From: Vermamoeba vermiformis
Taxonomy: Eukaryota
Length of the DNA stretch: 64,000 nt
Assembly (NCBI GenBank): GCA_045837725.1
Contig: JBEWZL010000011.1
Span: forward strand, 496,001-560,000
Direction: 5' to 3'
Shown here piece by piece: positions 25,255-37,097 of this stretch. The position numbers were made by a program, and so were the translations under genes. A model generated the notes under the pieces. That model was not told the DNA's origin. It did not search any database and saw only the letters and a list, made by a program, of their open reading frames with translations. The stretch's first letter is position 1. Each line of letters opens with the position of its first letter.

Positions 25255-26027
25255 TGTTACTAATTTGACTTTGTGGTTGTTAGTTGTTAATTTGCTAAAA
25301 ATTACGCGTCGACAAGCGAAAAAACTAAACTCTGGGAGGCAATAAGTTTCTAACGGTACGAAATTTAAACGTGTAATTTTAACCCTGCCTTGTACCTTTT
25401 ACACCGCCGTGTCAGCTTGGTACAAAGTATAAGCGAAGCTTGGGGCGGTTCTAATTTTGTGCACCCCAAAAAATTTATTTTCCGTAGATTTATACTTTGC
25501 AATTTGTTAAAATCTCCAGTTTAGGTAATTTGATAGGCCCCGACCAAATAGATGTCCCTTTCGTCGATATGCTATCAAATCCAATGCTTCCCTTCATACC
25601 GAACTGTGGCAACATCATATTATTATAGATTATTATTGATAATTCCGAAAGAAAGATTCAGAATGAATTTGAAATAATTCAAGAGTCGGTTCAGCGTGAT
25701 CCCCTGGGATCCGTGGCTTACTCGGTGGGAGCTTTTTTGCGAAGAGAATTGCTGTGATTGCTTCTAAAAATGGCTTCTTGAATTGTGATCAAAAATCCAA
25801 TGGGGGAAATTTCTATAAAAATCGCCCAAACAATTTTGCGAATCAGCGTTACTTGCCATAAAAGGTGTTGCGAGTACCGCGTCTGTTGAACAGCGACATT
25901 GAGGGGACGTATTTTATGAGGGTTTTCCCGTGAATTTCGTTTTTTAATTCTCTGGCGAAGCCTTAAAAACCGCTTCAGCGACAAAATTTTTCAGTTTTGT
26001 AATTGTTCTGATTGTTGCCCAACACAA

Positions 26028-26549
26028 ATGCCAACGAAGCGCTACGCTAAAGTCTACATCCGCAGCCGAATCCCGTGGTACCTCCACATCCGCCGTGCCT
26101 ACATAGTTCACAAGTACAGCGACGTGTACAAGGACAGCATTATACTAGAAAACATATGGAAGTGGTCCAAGCCTTGCTACGTCAGGTACAACACTGGATT
26201 TTTAACGACGGGCGTGGACTGGTGGTATCTCGTCATCGAGCTGGAGAACGGCAGAGTGTACGTCACGGACCCTGGCCTTGGCCAAGCCATTCTCAACGTT
26301 TTCGAGCAACTTGTCCTCGCTGCTGCCCAAGCAATCGGTGCGGCCGTCCCTGGTGCCGGATTTGTGGGCGAAATTGCTCAACTGATGTTGAACTCGGAGA
26401 GCACCGATGGCTTCGCTCGTCACGTCCTTCGTGAAGAAGATGACTACGAGAACGACACTGAAGTCTGGATCGAGATCCACCACCATCACGTCAGGATCCG
26501 TTCGAATACTGGCCAGCCAACCGACATTCCGTTGCGCCGAATCCATTAA
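26028..26549 (+). CDS. PUD-1/PUD-2-like ('up-regulated in daf-2') domain protein, intronless
   Basis: HKYSDVYK, YNTGFLTTGVDWW, TDP and NSESTDGF..HVLREED match my recollection of the PUD1_2 family motifs. Confidence 0.7.
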   Translation: MPTKRYAKVYIRSRIPWYLHIRRAYIVHKYSDVYKDSIILENIWKWSKPCYVRYNTGFLTTGVDWWYLVIELENGRVYVTDPGLGQAILNVFEQLVLAAAQAIGAAVPGAGFVGEIAQLMLNSESTDGFARHVLREEDDYENDTEVWIEIHHHHVRIRSNTGQPTDIPLRRIH

Positions 26550-26969
26550 TTTGTATAAAGGCGCCGACCTTTAATCTTGTATTGCCTCTTCTAAGAAGAG
26601 TGACTTCTAATAAATTGTACGCGTACAATGGTACGGCACTGTCGTTAAATTCACTTAAAACTTTCTCAATATTATACTGCGAATTTTTGGGAAAGTTATA
26701 GAATAGAACTATTAGCGACTTATATAAGACGAAATATTTAATGGAGCTTACCAGCTAAGAGTTTTTTGGACGTCAATCGGTCGATCTGCGCAATACGACA
26801 GTGATTTTAAAGTCCATATCCGCTGCTTCACTCACAATACTCAACACAGCGCCAATAGTCCCCACGTCAAATACTACTATACGCTTGACACATTGGGCAG
26901 ATAAAATGGTCCCAAGAGGCCTGTGCTGCCGGATCGAATCCCGTTAAACTGTTTCGCTACTCGGCGGCT

Positions 26970-27346
26970 TCAGTTCTTCAACCATTTCTGCACGTGAGTA
27001 CCATCCACTACTAGATTGGATTATTTAACGCCAACAATCGCCTAGAAAGAATTTGGTCGGAATAAGAGTCTTATTGTTATTTAAAAACTGTTGAATAATT
27101 TTTAAAAATTACCAGTCGCCTCCAATATTGTTTGCAACCGTTATGTATAATTTATTCAATACTTACGCAGCTGGGAAAATAGTTTCTTCGATGATTCGTC
27201 CATGCGACCTTCAAGGTGAAGCAAAGATTTCGATCCGTGCGAATTAGGATAATATCCTCGATATTTAAATACGAGAAAATTGAAGAGCTTATGGTGGAAG
27301 TTGTTACCGAAAAATTATTTGGTGTGCATTCTTTTTGCGTTCGCAT
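26970..27346 (-). pseudogene. Possible degraded F-box-like gene
   Basis: SSIFSYLNIEDII is an F-box-like segment followed by a GTAAG donor. Downstream candidate exons hit stops in the frames I tried. Confidence 0.25.
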
Positions 27347-27375
27347 TTATTTCTGACTCTGGTGCTAGGTGCTGA

Positions 27376-27380
27376 CCAAT
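27376..27380 (+). promoter_or_regulatory. CCAAT box (GACCAATCA) ~75 bp upstream of the Kelch-F-box-Ras ATG
   Basis: NF-Y-like consensus RRCCAATCA. Similar boxes lie upstream of other ATGs at 12645, 42296 (minus strand) and 60412. Confidence 0.4.
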
Positions 27381-27453
27381 CACAACCATTTTATTTTCAG
27401 TTCAACGCCTGTTTAAAAAAAAACCAACGATCCTAACCATTAAAATTAACAAT

Positions 27454-30027
27454 ATGGAAAAGAACAACGATCAAAATCATATTTCTCGAGCATCGTTTGA
27501 TATTTCAACGTCGCATTGGAAATGGAGACAGCTCCAACAACCATCAAACTCTCCTTCTCCTCGCCATTTACACTCATTAGCGCACCACAATAATTATTTA
27601 TATTTATTTGGCGGATTTGATGGCGAGAAGTGCCTCGATGATTTTTGGCAATTTTCATTAGGTACCTAATTTATTTTTCTATGGCTCCGCTTTTAAAATT
27701 ACAATTTAATTCCATTGTAATATTTTATCACTTATATTTATAATTCTCGTCATCAATATTAGCGAAAAATCGTTGGAAGAAAGTGAAATCGAAAAATCAA
27801 CCGCCAGCGCGCCATTCTCACCAAGCCGTTGTTTATGATGTGCGTCAATATTTATAATAGAAATACTATAAGTATTTGTTACTAAACTTGCTAAAGAACA
27901 AAATGATTCTCTTTGGCGGGATCTCAGAAGGCAAAACGATGTCTGATTTGTGGTCGTTTAATTTTCGTAAGTAGCATCAGATTATTAATATTATTAATAA
28001 TTCTATTGACATGCGATATTTTAACTAACAATTCGTCACAGAAACGGAGAGCTGGATCCACGAGAAAAATCTCACAGTATCTCGTTGGGGCCATTCAATG
28101 GTCACACTGCACGACAAGATCGTGATATTCGGCGGAGCAGATGAAAGCGTTATTAAAGTCACAAACACGTTGATCGTGTTAGATGCAAGTACGTACCTGC
28201 CACTTTTGGTATTTCGCGTGGATTTACTGACACTTGTCTCACTTTCAGACTCGCTTCAAAGCGTCGAGATTGACAGCAAGAACGTGCCCTCAGCGAGACA
28301 GTACGCAGCAATGGCGGCGTATGATGGTGCGATCTACGTGTTTGGAGGGTTCAGCAACAAGTTGTCACTGCAAGATTTTTACAAGATGACGTTCAGCAGT
28401 GAGAACAATGTTATTGTCACTGAAGTAATAGAAGTACCGTCGTTCGTGCAGGGCTTGCGAGGAGCATCGCTTTCACTGCTGCCTTATCAGTCCCAACTGA
28501 TTTTGTTTGGAGGTCGAACGAACCAACAACTGAGCGATGCCACTTATGCATTCGCCCTCGGTAAGTTAATCACTCGATAATAGACGACACCTATATACTA
28601 TAAATATCGGTAACAGTGCTATGGACTACTAACATTAGTGCATTAGGATCGTCAAAGTGGAGCACGTGCGCATCAATTGAACTATCAGCACGGTACTACC
28701 ATCAAACATGTGTCGCTAATGGACGTATTATTCTGTATGGAGGTCTCGGTGTGAAAGAGGGCAGTGACAAAGCCGTGAACTTGAGTGACATGTGGCTCTA
28801 TTCTGGTACGTCAAAGTCACGTGCTCGAGAAGTAAAATTTTTTGTCACTAATCCACCGTTCTTTAGACGAAACGAAAATTGCACCTGTTCTAAACGTCGT
28901 ATTAGATCCATCGTACATTCCCGTGGAAGTGTGGAGCTCAATTTTGAGCTTTTTGGAAGCTTCGGGCGAAAGCATCTCGAGCGCATCCGTCGTGTCAAAG
29001 CAATTTTATAATATTATCAAGTATGATATCAATATTAAAACCTTATTACGACAATATACTCATTGGTATTCTGAACAGGGCTGATGAACGACTGACTACG
29101 AAACTGAGCAGTTACGTCAAATCAAAGCGCATTTACGTGCCTCCAATCATCGATAGTACAATTAAGATTGTAAGTTACAAATATATCATTTTTATGTATG
29201 TGATAATAATCGTTACATAGACCATTGTTGGAGCTTTTGGCATCGGAAAATCAGCGACAACGATACAATTTATTATGAACCACTTCTTGGAAGAATACGG
29301 TACGACCGAGACATCAATAGTCGGGAGTTATATAATGATTTTATTTATTTGCATGTTTTAACTTTGACACTTCATCTAGATCCAACGATCGAGGATTCAT
29401 ACATTAAGCAAGTGGTGATAGACGGCGAGCCATATAGACTGGATATATTAGATACTGCTGGACCCGAAGAATACGTAAGACTTTGATTACTAAATTAAAA
29501 ATTTATTAACTTTTGGATCCAGTCGGCGATGCGGGAACATTGGATGAAAACTGGACACGGAGTCTACGCCATGTATGCTATTAACCAGAAACAATCAGTG
29601 CAAGAGCTAGAGTATTACTTGGACATGACAATGCGTATGAAAGGAGCAGCGTTTCCAGTGGTCATTGTCGGGTGCGTACTTGTCGAGTCTGGTGACACGT
29701 GTCTAATACTTCCATATTTAGAAATAAGAGTGATTTAGTGTCACAACGGGAAGTGTCAAAAGAACAAGGTCAAGAACTGGCTAAAAAATATAATGCGCCG
29801 TTTTTTGAGACGAGGTAAGTCACGTGTCAACAACTTTTGTCACACGAATTTTTTTTCTGAGACCGAAAAACCTTTCGAGCTAATATATTGTTCTATATAG
29901 TGCTAAGATGAACCTTAATATTGAAGAAGCTTTGATGACGTTGACTCGAGCCGTTCTTGATGCCGACAAAAATCAAAAGGCGCGCTCAGTTCCACCGCCA
30001 AAGAAAGATCGTTGTATTGTCAGTTAA
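27454..30027 (+). CDS. Kelch-repeat / F-box / Ras-family GTPase fusion with C-terminal CAAX
   Basis: Six kelch blades (LYLFGG, MILFGG, IVIFGG, IYVFGG, LILFGG, IILYGG); F-box-like [13 protein letters not shown]...VSKQFYNII; Ras motifs [34 protein letters not shown]; ends RCIVS*. Intron phases at the domain junctions are in frame. Confidence 0.85.
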
Positions 30028-30384
30028 GGCGTGCCTCGTAAAGAGCGAACAGAAAATTTGTAAAGATGTTGTTTAAGCATTGGTATTGTAGATGTCGTGT
30101 TAGCGCAATACCACTCACCAAAATGACCTTATCTGAGATCTGTATGTTTAATATGAAGTAACTTATATCATTTTAAACAAGGAAATCATTGTTGTTGCGA
30201 TATCAACAGCGGTGGTCTATGATGAGATGACACTTAACGGAAATTTCGCAGTTCGAGCGAAATTGTTGTTGACCAACCAGCCGCGTTCTATTTATTATCT
30301 CTGTATAAAATTTGGCTACTCAATTTACCGGCATTCTTTATTAGAAGCTTACCATAATTAACAAGTGGTCAATTACAGCAGAAA

Positions 30385-31705
30385 ATGTCTTTGAAGAACA
30401 CGAATGGTGCGTACTTATTCTGTTTGAGAATTCCATTTAATGCGTTGTATTAGCATCATTGCATTAATTCAATGAGTAGAATAATATTTTTGGCGGTTAT
30501 TTCGGAACCCCAACGTATCAACTCACTTTTTTTTTTATTTTCCGAACAGATGCGACGAAAGAAATTCAACTTAATCCTTATTTTGTTCCTGAAGAATTAT
30601 GGTCCTTGATTTTGAGCTATCTGGTTGATTCGGGCGAAAGCATATCGAGTACATCCGTTGTCTCGAAACAATTTTATAACATTGTCGCGTAAGATAATTT
30701 TAATTGTCGTATTTACCGGAATATCGTTTGTTTAAATGATATTTAACCCTAATTTGTTTAGGACGGACAAAGATTTGAAAAAGAGGTTGGATCTTTTCGT
30801 CAAATGTAGAAATCTCTTCGTGCCGCCTATCAACAATAATCGGATTAAAATTGTAAGCGTATCTTCCAGTATTCAATCATATTGTTCTAATGTTCTGCCG
30901 AAGGCTGTCACTGGAAGAGATGGCAGCGGCAAATCAAGCTTAGTTGCTAAGTTTCTGGGAGACGATTACAAATTTCCGAAATATATATATAGGGGTTAGT
31001 ACAATTATGCAAACTATCATTGATGCATATTTCATCCGTCCAAAACAGATATTAAAGAAAATTTGTTTTCAGATATTTTTACATCCGACGAATTTCAGAC
31101 ACAGATCGACGTTGACGGCAACAAATATACCTTAGATATCATAGACATGGTCCACCCCGATGAATACGTAAGCTCTCAACGACCTTATTTAGCAGAATAA
31201 AACTTACTCTGGATTTGACAGAATTCGTACGAATCGAGTTACTATCGAGAGGCGCACGCAATAATAGGAGTGTATACTATTACTGACTACGATGGCTCCA
31301 TAAACATGTTAGACGCGTATCTAGATGCCGCACGTAACTGCAAAAATCAAAAAAGTTATCCACTGATCGTTGTCGGGTACGCTCTTTCGGTCTATACTGC
31401 AACGTCCCTAATAGTTATAATTATAGGAACATGAACGATTTAGAATCAGAACGGAAGGTATCACAAAAAGAGGGCCAAGAGCTGGCTAAAAAATACGAGG
31501 CAGAGTGGATCGAGACGAAGTAAGTGGTCGTGTTGCGTGAACGATTTTTTTTTCCGCTTTTTAACTCTTTTCTCGCAGTTACCAAGACCTGAAGACGATC
31601 AACAATATATTTATGACGCTAGTAAGAACGGTTATTACCGCCAATAAGCCACGTCTACAGTCGAAACAAGTATTAAAACCTAAGAGATCTTGTATTCTTA
31701 GCTAA
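30385..31705 (+). CDS. F-box / degenerate Ras-like protein with CAAX; tandem paralogue of the 3' half of the upstream gene
   Basis: [59 protein letters not shown]; ends SCILS*. Intron positions match the upstream gene. Confidence 0.8.
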
Positions 31706-31774
31706 AGTCTATTAAAGTGATATACCCAAACCAATGTATATTGTCTCCCTTTGACTTACTATTTATGGAAATAT

Positions 31775-32845
31775 TTACACGGTTCCATTCAGCAATCCTC
31801 GCACGAGTTCTTTAGCGACTTTACTCGTGAAATAATTGTTGAGCGGATGCAAGTCATCAACGACAATGTATTTAGCGACTTGATGTGCCGCGCGCTGTGC
31901 GTTGAGTCTTTGCACTAATTCTTCGCTGGTACTGATCGGCACAACGGTGTCTTTGGTGCCGTGAACGATCGTGATCGGGATCTGCGAATCTAATTCTCGT
32001 ATCTCTTGTTCATACTTCTTAATGAAATTTCGCAACGTAATACTAAAAATAGTAATATTTAGCACGTGATTTTGAATCCCTCAATGAAAGGCCAGATTTT
32101 AAGGAAATTTTTTACCTGCATAATTTGCCTTGAGCCGGTGCTAGTAACAATGTCGGTCCGCGCCATAATTTCCTTAAAAGGCAATGTACAGCTATCGCAC
32201 CACCGAACGACGAGCCTAAATAAAACAACAAAATAATGTTAGGACAAACCGCAGATCCGATCCAAAACTTTGAAATTTCAAACCGTTACGCGAAGTTGAT
32301 TACCAACGTATGTTTGTAATTAAATTACCAAAAAAGGAAAGTGAAGATGAATTACGTACCGACAATTAGATCCGGATGAAATTCTTCAATGGCTTGAGCT
32401 TGCAATTGACAGCACTGATTAATCAATCTGTCGAATATGTAGCGCAGCAGTGTTAAAATTCCAGCAAAGCTTGTGAGGACACTTGCCAAAAATAGTAAAA
32501 CTGTCTTTGCGGTTGTATTTTGGATCATATTTACAAAAGTCCCTCTAAATATTATAATAATTATTTTAAAATTATCAATAAATACCAAGAAATATAATAT
32601 ACTTACAGTACTAATATTGCAGCTATTATTGATAAAGCAAGCAAGATCCAAACGGGATAACTGTGAGATCTTAATTTAATATGCCCGCTGATTAACCTCG
32701 ACATGTTAGGCATAGTCACTGTATAATGTTTTTCCAATACTCTGAATTTCCGCGAAGTATTCACCCCGCCTTCAAGGCCGTGCATAAAGAGGATGCGAAT
32801 CCGTTTGTCGTTATTATTTGAATTTGGTTCTGCTACACTAGACAT
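31775..32845 (-). CDS. Alpha/beta hydrolase (YqiA/UPF0227-like) with a hydrophobic insertion, multi-exon
   Basis: FMHGLEGG; nucleophile elbow IVGSSFGG; LLLAPA; IVHGTKDTVVP; DDLHPL. Confidence 0.8.
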
Positions 32846-33158
32846 GACCTATATATTGTCTGTATTATATTAAACATTAAATCAACGAAGTAAAGCGATA
32901 ATAATTATCAACGGAAAGGAAGTCAAAGACTTGAGAATTAATTAATTTCTTGAGCAATGCGTTGAATAACATTGATCAATGTATATATATATAAATATCG
33001 GTATTATTAATATTACGTGCATAATGGTGCTTACATTCACTATGTTTCGTGTTTTAACAGTGAATCTGAAGAATAAAAGAAAGAGCAAAAATTATTCTGT
33101 TTGTTCATTCAGTCACAACCAGTTGACTGCAAGACCGATATATATATTCAATATTAAT

Positions 33159-35122
33159 ATGGCTGACGAACAACCTAAGCAAGAAAGGCGAGGCGTAAAG
33201 CGCGCCAGAAAACAGGCAGATGAGATCGAAACACCGATCGAGGTCTTGAACGGTGGCATGTATAATATTTGGTATAATAAAGTCGTAGGAGATTATACGA
33301 CGTGGAGAGAACGAAGAGATCAAAAGTAAGTATCCACAAAGCAGATTTCAAAAATAATGAAAATTTATTAATTTTGAAATCATCACCAAAAAATCATTTA
33401 CGCATTTAGATACTACTTCAGTTATTTATATGCACTAAACTAGCATTTTTATAATTTTATCTAATTTTTAGAAATGATTTAACGTTTCTTCGGTAAATCT
33501 ACTTTGCTAATCCGTTTCTTCGTTCAGGATTGCTGCTTCAAAATACAGATGCGTGCCTTCGAGAGACAGTGGTGAGACTAAGGCTCGCAAAGATTCATAT
33601 GTCTGTTTATACTTCGCTAGAGGAAAATGCGTTTTGGTAAGCAGCTCCATCTCCTTTAAAACCAAATTTCAGCTTTAATTTCACCTTAATTATTTATTAT
33701 TACGCAAATGATTTATTTTCTTCACCTGCGATTCTTACTAGTAATACTTAAGGCCAACCAAAAAATAATTTTTAGATGCGATCCAGATCGCGTCTTACAA
33801 TCATTCAATTTTGAATCAAAATATTAATTCTATATCATCTATCATTATACCATTGGACTATAATCAATATTAACGTTAAATATAAAATGTAAGATTAGTA
33901 CTAATCATTGCACTAATTCTAGGGCGGAGATTGCACATTTTTCCACCGATTGCCCAATGAAGACGATGAAAAGCGCATAGGACTGGCCTATGACATATTT
34001 GGACGTGAACGACATCGCACTGATCGTGATGACATGGGCGGTGTGGGCAGTTTTGAACGAAACTCGAGGAGTAAGTACCAATCTCAACTTGCGACATTAA
34101 TTTTATCAATTTTATTATTGTTCCGCTCGTTCATGAAATAATAATTTATTTTTTTAGCGCTGTACATTGGAGGCCTGAGAATTACAAGCGGATCTAACAC
34201 GGAAGATGTTGTCAGAAAACATTTTGGAGAGTTTGGAACTATTGAATTTAGTAAGTAATGCATAGTTATTATAGTCCTAATATTATATTTGATATCGTGC
34301 ATTATATATTTTCGGATCTCGTCGTGAAAAAATTGTTCGACGGTGGATCCGCGACAAAAAATCAACGTTTGTAGATAATCAATACTAACGCTATGTATAG
34401 TCCGTATAGTGCCCTCCAAGTCCATCGGCTTCGTGACCTATTCACTGCGCGTGAGTGCTGAGTTCGCGAAAGAAGCGATGGCAGATCAGACCTTGGACAG
34501 CAGTGAAGTGATCAACGTGCGTTGGGCCAATGAAGATCCCAATCCAGCAGCCAAAGCAGGCCGCGAACAAGAATTACTTGATAAGGCAATGGCAGCTTTG
34601 AGCACGAGATTTCCCGATTATTACAAATATTTCTTGGAACTCAACGCCAACGGTCAATATCCCAACACGGAACAACAGTACGCTGCAGCGGAAGATTTAT
34701 TACAAAAAGCGGAACAAGCACAACAATCAATGTATAATCAACAGGCAGCATATGATCCTAATGCCTATTATCAGTACTACTATAATTTGGGCTACGTGTG
34801 GGATCCGACCACCAACAGTTGGACGACACACGATGGCACTCCTGTGGCTGCATTGCCCAATGAAAATAACGAACAAAGTGATGAGAATAATGATGGAGAG
34901 AATAAGGAAGATAATAATAAGGACGAGGATAGTGACGGAAAAGTTAGCGGATCCGGATTTTTGTCGCAATATTACAGCGAGAATTATGGAGACGAGGATA
35001 ATGCAGATAATAATAAGGATAATAAGGACAGTTCTAAGACTAAAACTAAAGCAGATCCAGCTGATCAGCCGTTGTACCCCGTGACTGCAGATCCAGCGGC
35101 CATGAACAAGCCTTTGTATTGA
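33159..35122 (+). CDS. CWC2: Pre-mRNA splicing factor Cwc2 (CCCH zinc finger plus RRM)
   Basis: YNIWYNK, RCVPSRDSGETKA, CLYFARGKC..G.DCTFFHRLP, DIFGRERH..DRDDMGGVGSF, LYIGG, AEFAKEAMADQ and NVRWANEDPNP. Confidence 0.92.
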
Positions 35123-35363
35123 TCGTAACAATGTAATATTAACACGATCATATTGTTTTATGTACCATTTCAAAAAAAAAATAAAAGTTTTAAACGGAAC
35201 ACCCGGGTTGACACGTGTCATTTTTGGACTATTTTTTGTTGTCGAACTTGTGTTATCGTATTCCAAAGAAAAGTCGATCAGAACACAACACCGTTCTGAA
35301 TCAACTTTAATTACTAATCATATTGCATAACAAATAATTAGCACTGTTAGTTTAGCCGAAACA

Positions 35364-36043
35364 ATGCGCAAAGCTACATCCACAATTCTATTTATTTTCA
35401 TTTTTTCGTATTATAGCGCAGCTTGTAAGTGATAAATATTCTATTAATAAATACAATGGACCAATTTTTGCAATTAATTAATTTATTGCCGATTTTTGTC
35501 GCCGATCCCGATCTAATTTATTTCTTTTTAGTGACAGAAGAAGCACCGAGCATTGTAGACTTTCCAGATACAATACGCGTACATTATTATGAAGAGATTG
35601 TACTTAATGCCACATTTTCAAACGGAGCTGAACCTCTGCTGGTCACTTGGGAATTAGACGGCAAATCCGTTCCAGAATTTTATAATTCGACGACGTTTAC
35701 ACGCCGAGCTACAGCCGATATCGACGAGTCTACTATTAAAATGCACGCGATAGTCAGCGTTAACGTCGTTCAATCATTGACATTAGAAGCTTCAACGACG
35801 ATCCACATCTACACTCCTCGCTGGCTCATCGCGAGCATAGTGATAGGCTCAGCATTGCTCATAGCAGTCGTGTTGTTCATATTGTACCGTAAAGGCATTT
35901 GTCACATGCCTGCTTGGCTTGGCGGTCAAACAAAGTCAAACAAGACGCAGTATTCGTTCTCTGAAGGCGGTCAAACCTTTGATTTCGGCAACGGCGCGTC
36001 GAATACTGTTGGAATTACATTAGATGATGATGAAAGCTTGTAA
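35364..36043 (+). CDS. Type I membrane protein with one Ig-like ectodomain, two exons
   Basis: Signal-peptide exon MRKATSTILFIFIFSYYSAA; APSIV...VTWELDG Ig-like pattern; TM helix WLIASIVIGSALLIAVVLFILY. Confidence 0.7.
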
Positions 36044-36148
36044 ATAAATATGAGACTAACATAATTGAAGCAACGTTTATTGTTTTAAGCTTCGAATCCA
36101 AAGCGGAAAGAGAAAAGATCTACTCAATTTCGCGGATTACTCTTCTTT

Positions 36149-36742
36149 CTATTTGTTCGTAGAATAACCTGCTACGAAGCACTGTGGAGCCGCTTTAATG
36201 ATATATCTGCGTACCAGATTGCCGGAAATTAGATCGTCTTTGGTTTTTCCCTTGATCCAGGCTCGCAGTTGCTCTTGCGTTGGTGTATCTTTCTGGGGCA
36301 ACCAGCCGTAGCAATAGCGTAATATGTCGCGTTCAGAACGGCGAACCTCGTCAGGCAAGGCATGGTAACAGTTCCAAATTAATTCGGGCGAGCCGTAGTC
36401 CAAAGAAAAAGAAGCCGGATCTTCTGAGCTTGATGCTTCGCTCTGATAATCGATATTGCCGTATTTAAAATAATAGCAGTCCTCTGGAAGGATTGTGCAG
36501 AGTTTTAAAAATTCTTCTGAATCTGAATCTTCTTCTTCGGGAGGCAACAAATGCTTATTCTTTTTTTCCCACGCGTGACGATCACAATTAATAGCTATTC
36601 TATAGTTTTGATATTTATACAGCAACTCTTCAGCGTGCTCCTCAGTGTAGTTTTCGCAAGCATCGAGGAACCGCCCTCGCTCAATCATGTAACGAATCTC
36701 GTCGGAGGATGGCTCGTATTTGGGAATATTGTTCGCGCTCAT
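36149..36742 (-). CDS. Hypothetical protein, intronless (~197 aa)
   Basis: Long ORF with protein-like composition starting MSANNIPKYEP; no recognised motif. Confidence 0.55.
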   Translation of the reverse strand: MSANNIPKYEPSSDEIRYMIERGRFLDACENYTEEHAEELLYKYQNYRIAINCDRHAWEKKNKHLLPPEEEDSDSEEFLKLCTILPEDCYYFKYGNIDYQSEASSSEDPASFSLDYGSPELIWNCYHALPDEVRRSERDILRYCYGWLPQKDTPTQEQLRAWIKGKTKDDLISGNLVRRYIIKAAPQCFVAGYSTNK

Positions 36743-37097
36743 TGCTTTCTCTTGCGATTGATTGGTGAAAATTGAAGCAAGGAAACAAACTTTTCTGCCA
36801 AATCTGCAAATTGATTTGCAGACATCGAACAGATTGGTATACGCATTGGCTTCCAAATAGCGAAATTTTGTTTTTCCGCTGTCTAAATTGTTTAAAATAA
36901 GGTCTAGAATGTGAAGAGTTGATCAAGCTGGATGTCGGAGGAAAAATCTTCAAGATTGGACGACAAGTCACTTTCTCAACTGTCAGATTTTGTGGCAGTA
37001 ATATTTACACCGCTTATCTAACACACGTACTTGTTCGAAAATTATTATGTTGCATGATGACAGACAAAAAGTTCAGATCAACTTAAATTTACCGAAT

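Noticed and set aside
25388-25460. U5 snRNA (CCTTTTAC loop plus an Sm-like site)
   Set aside because: The loop lacks the invariant GCCUUUUAC in a proper stem, and the Sm site is imperfect.
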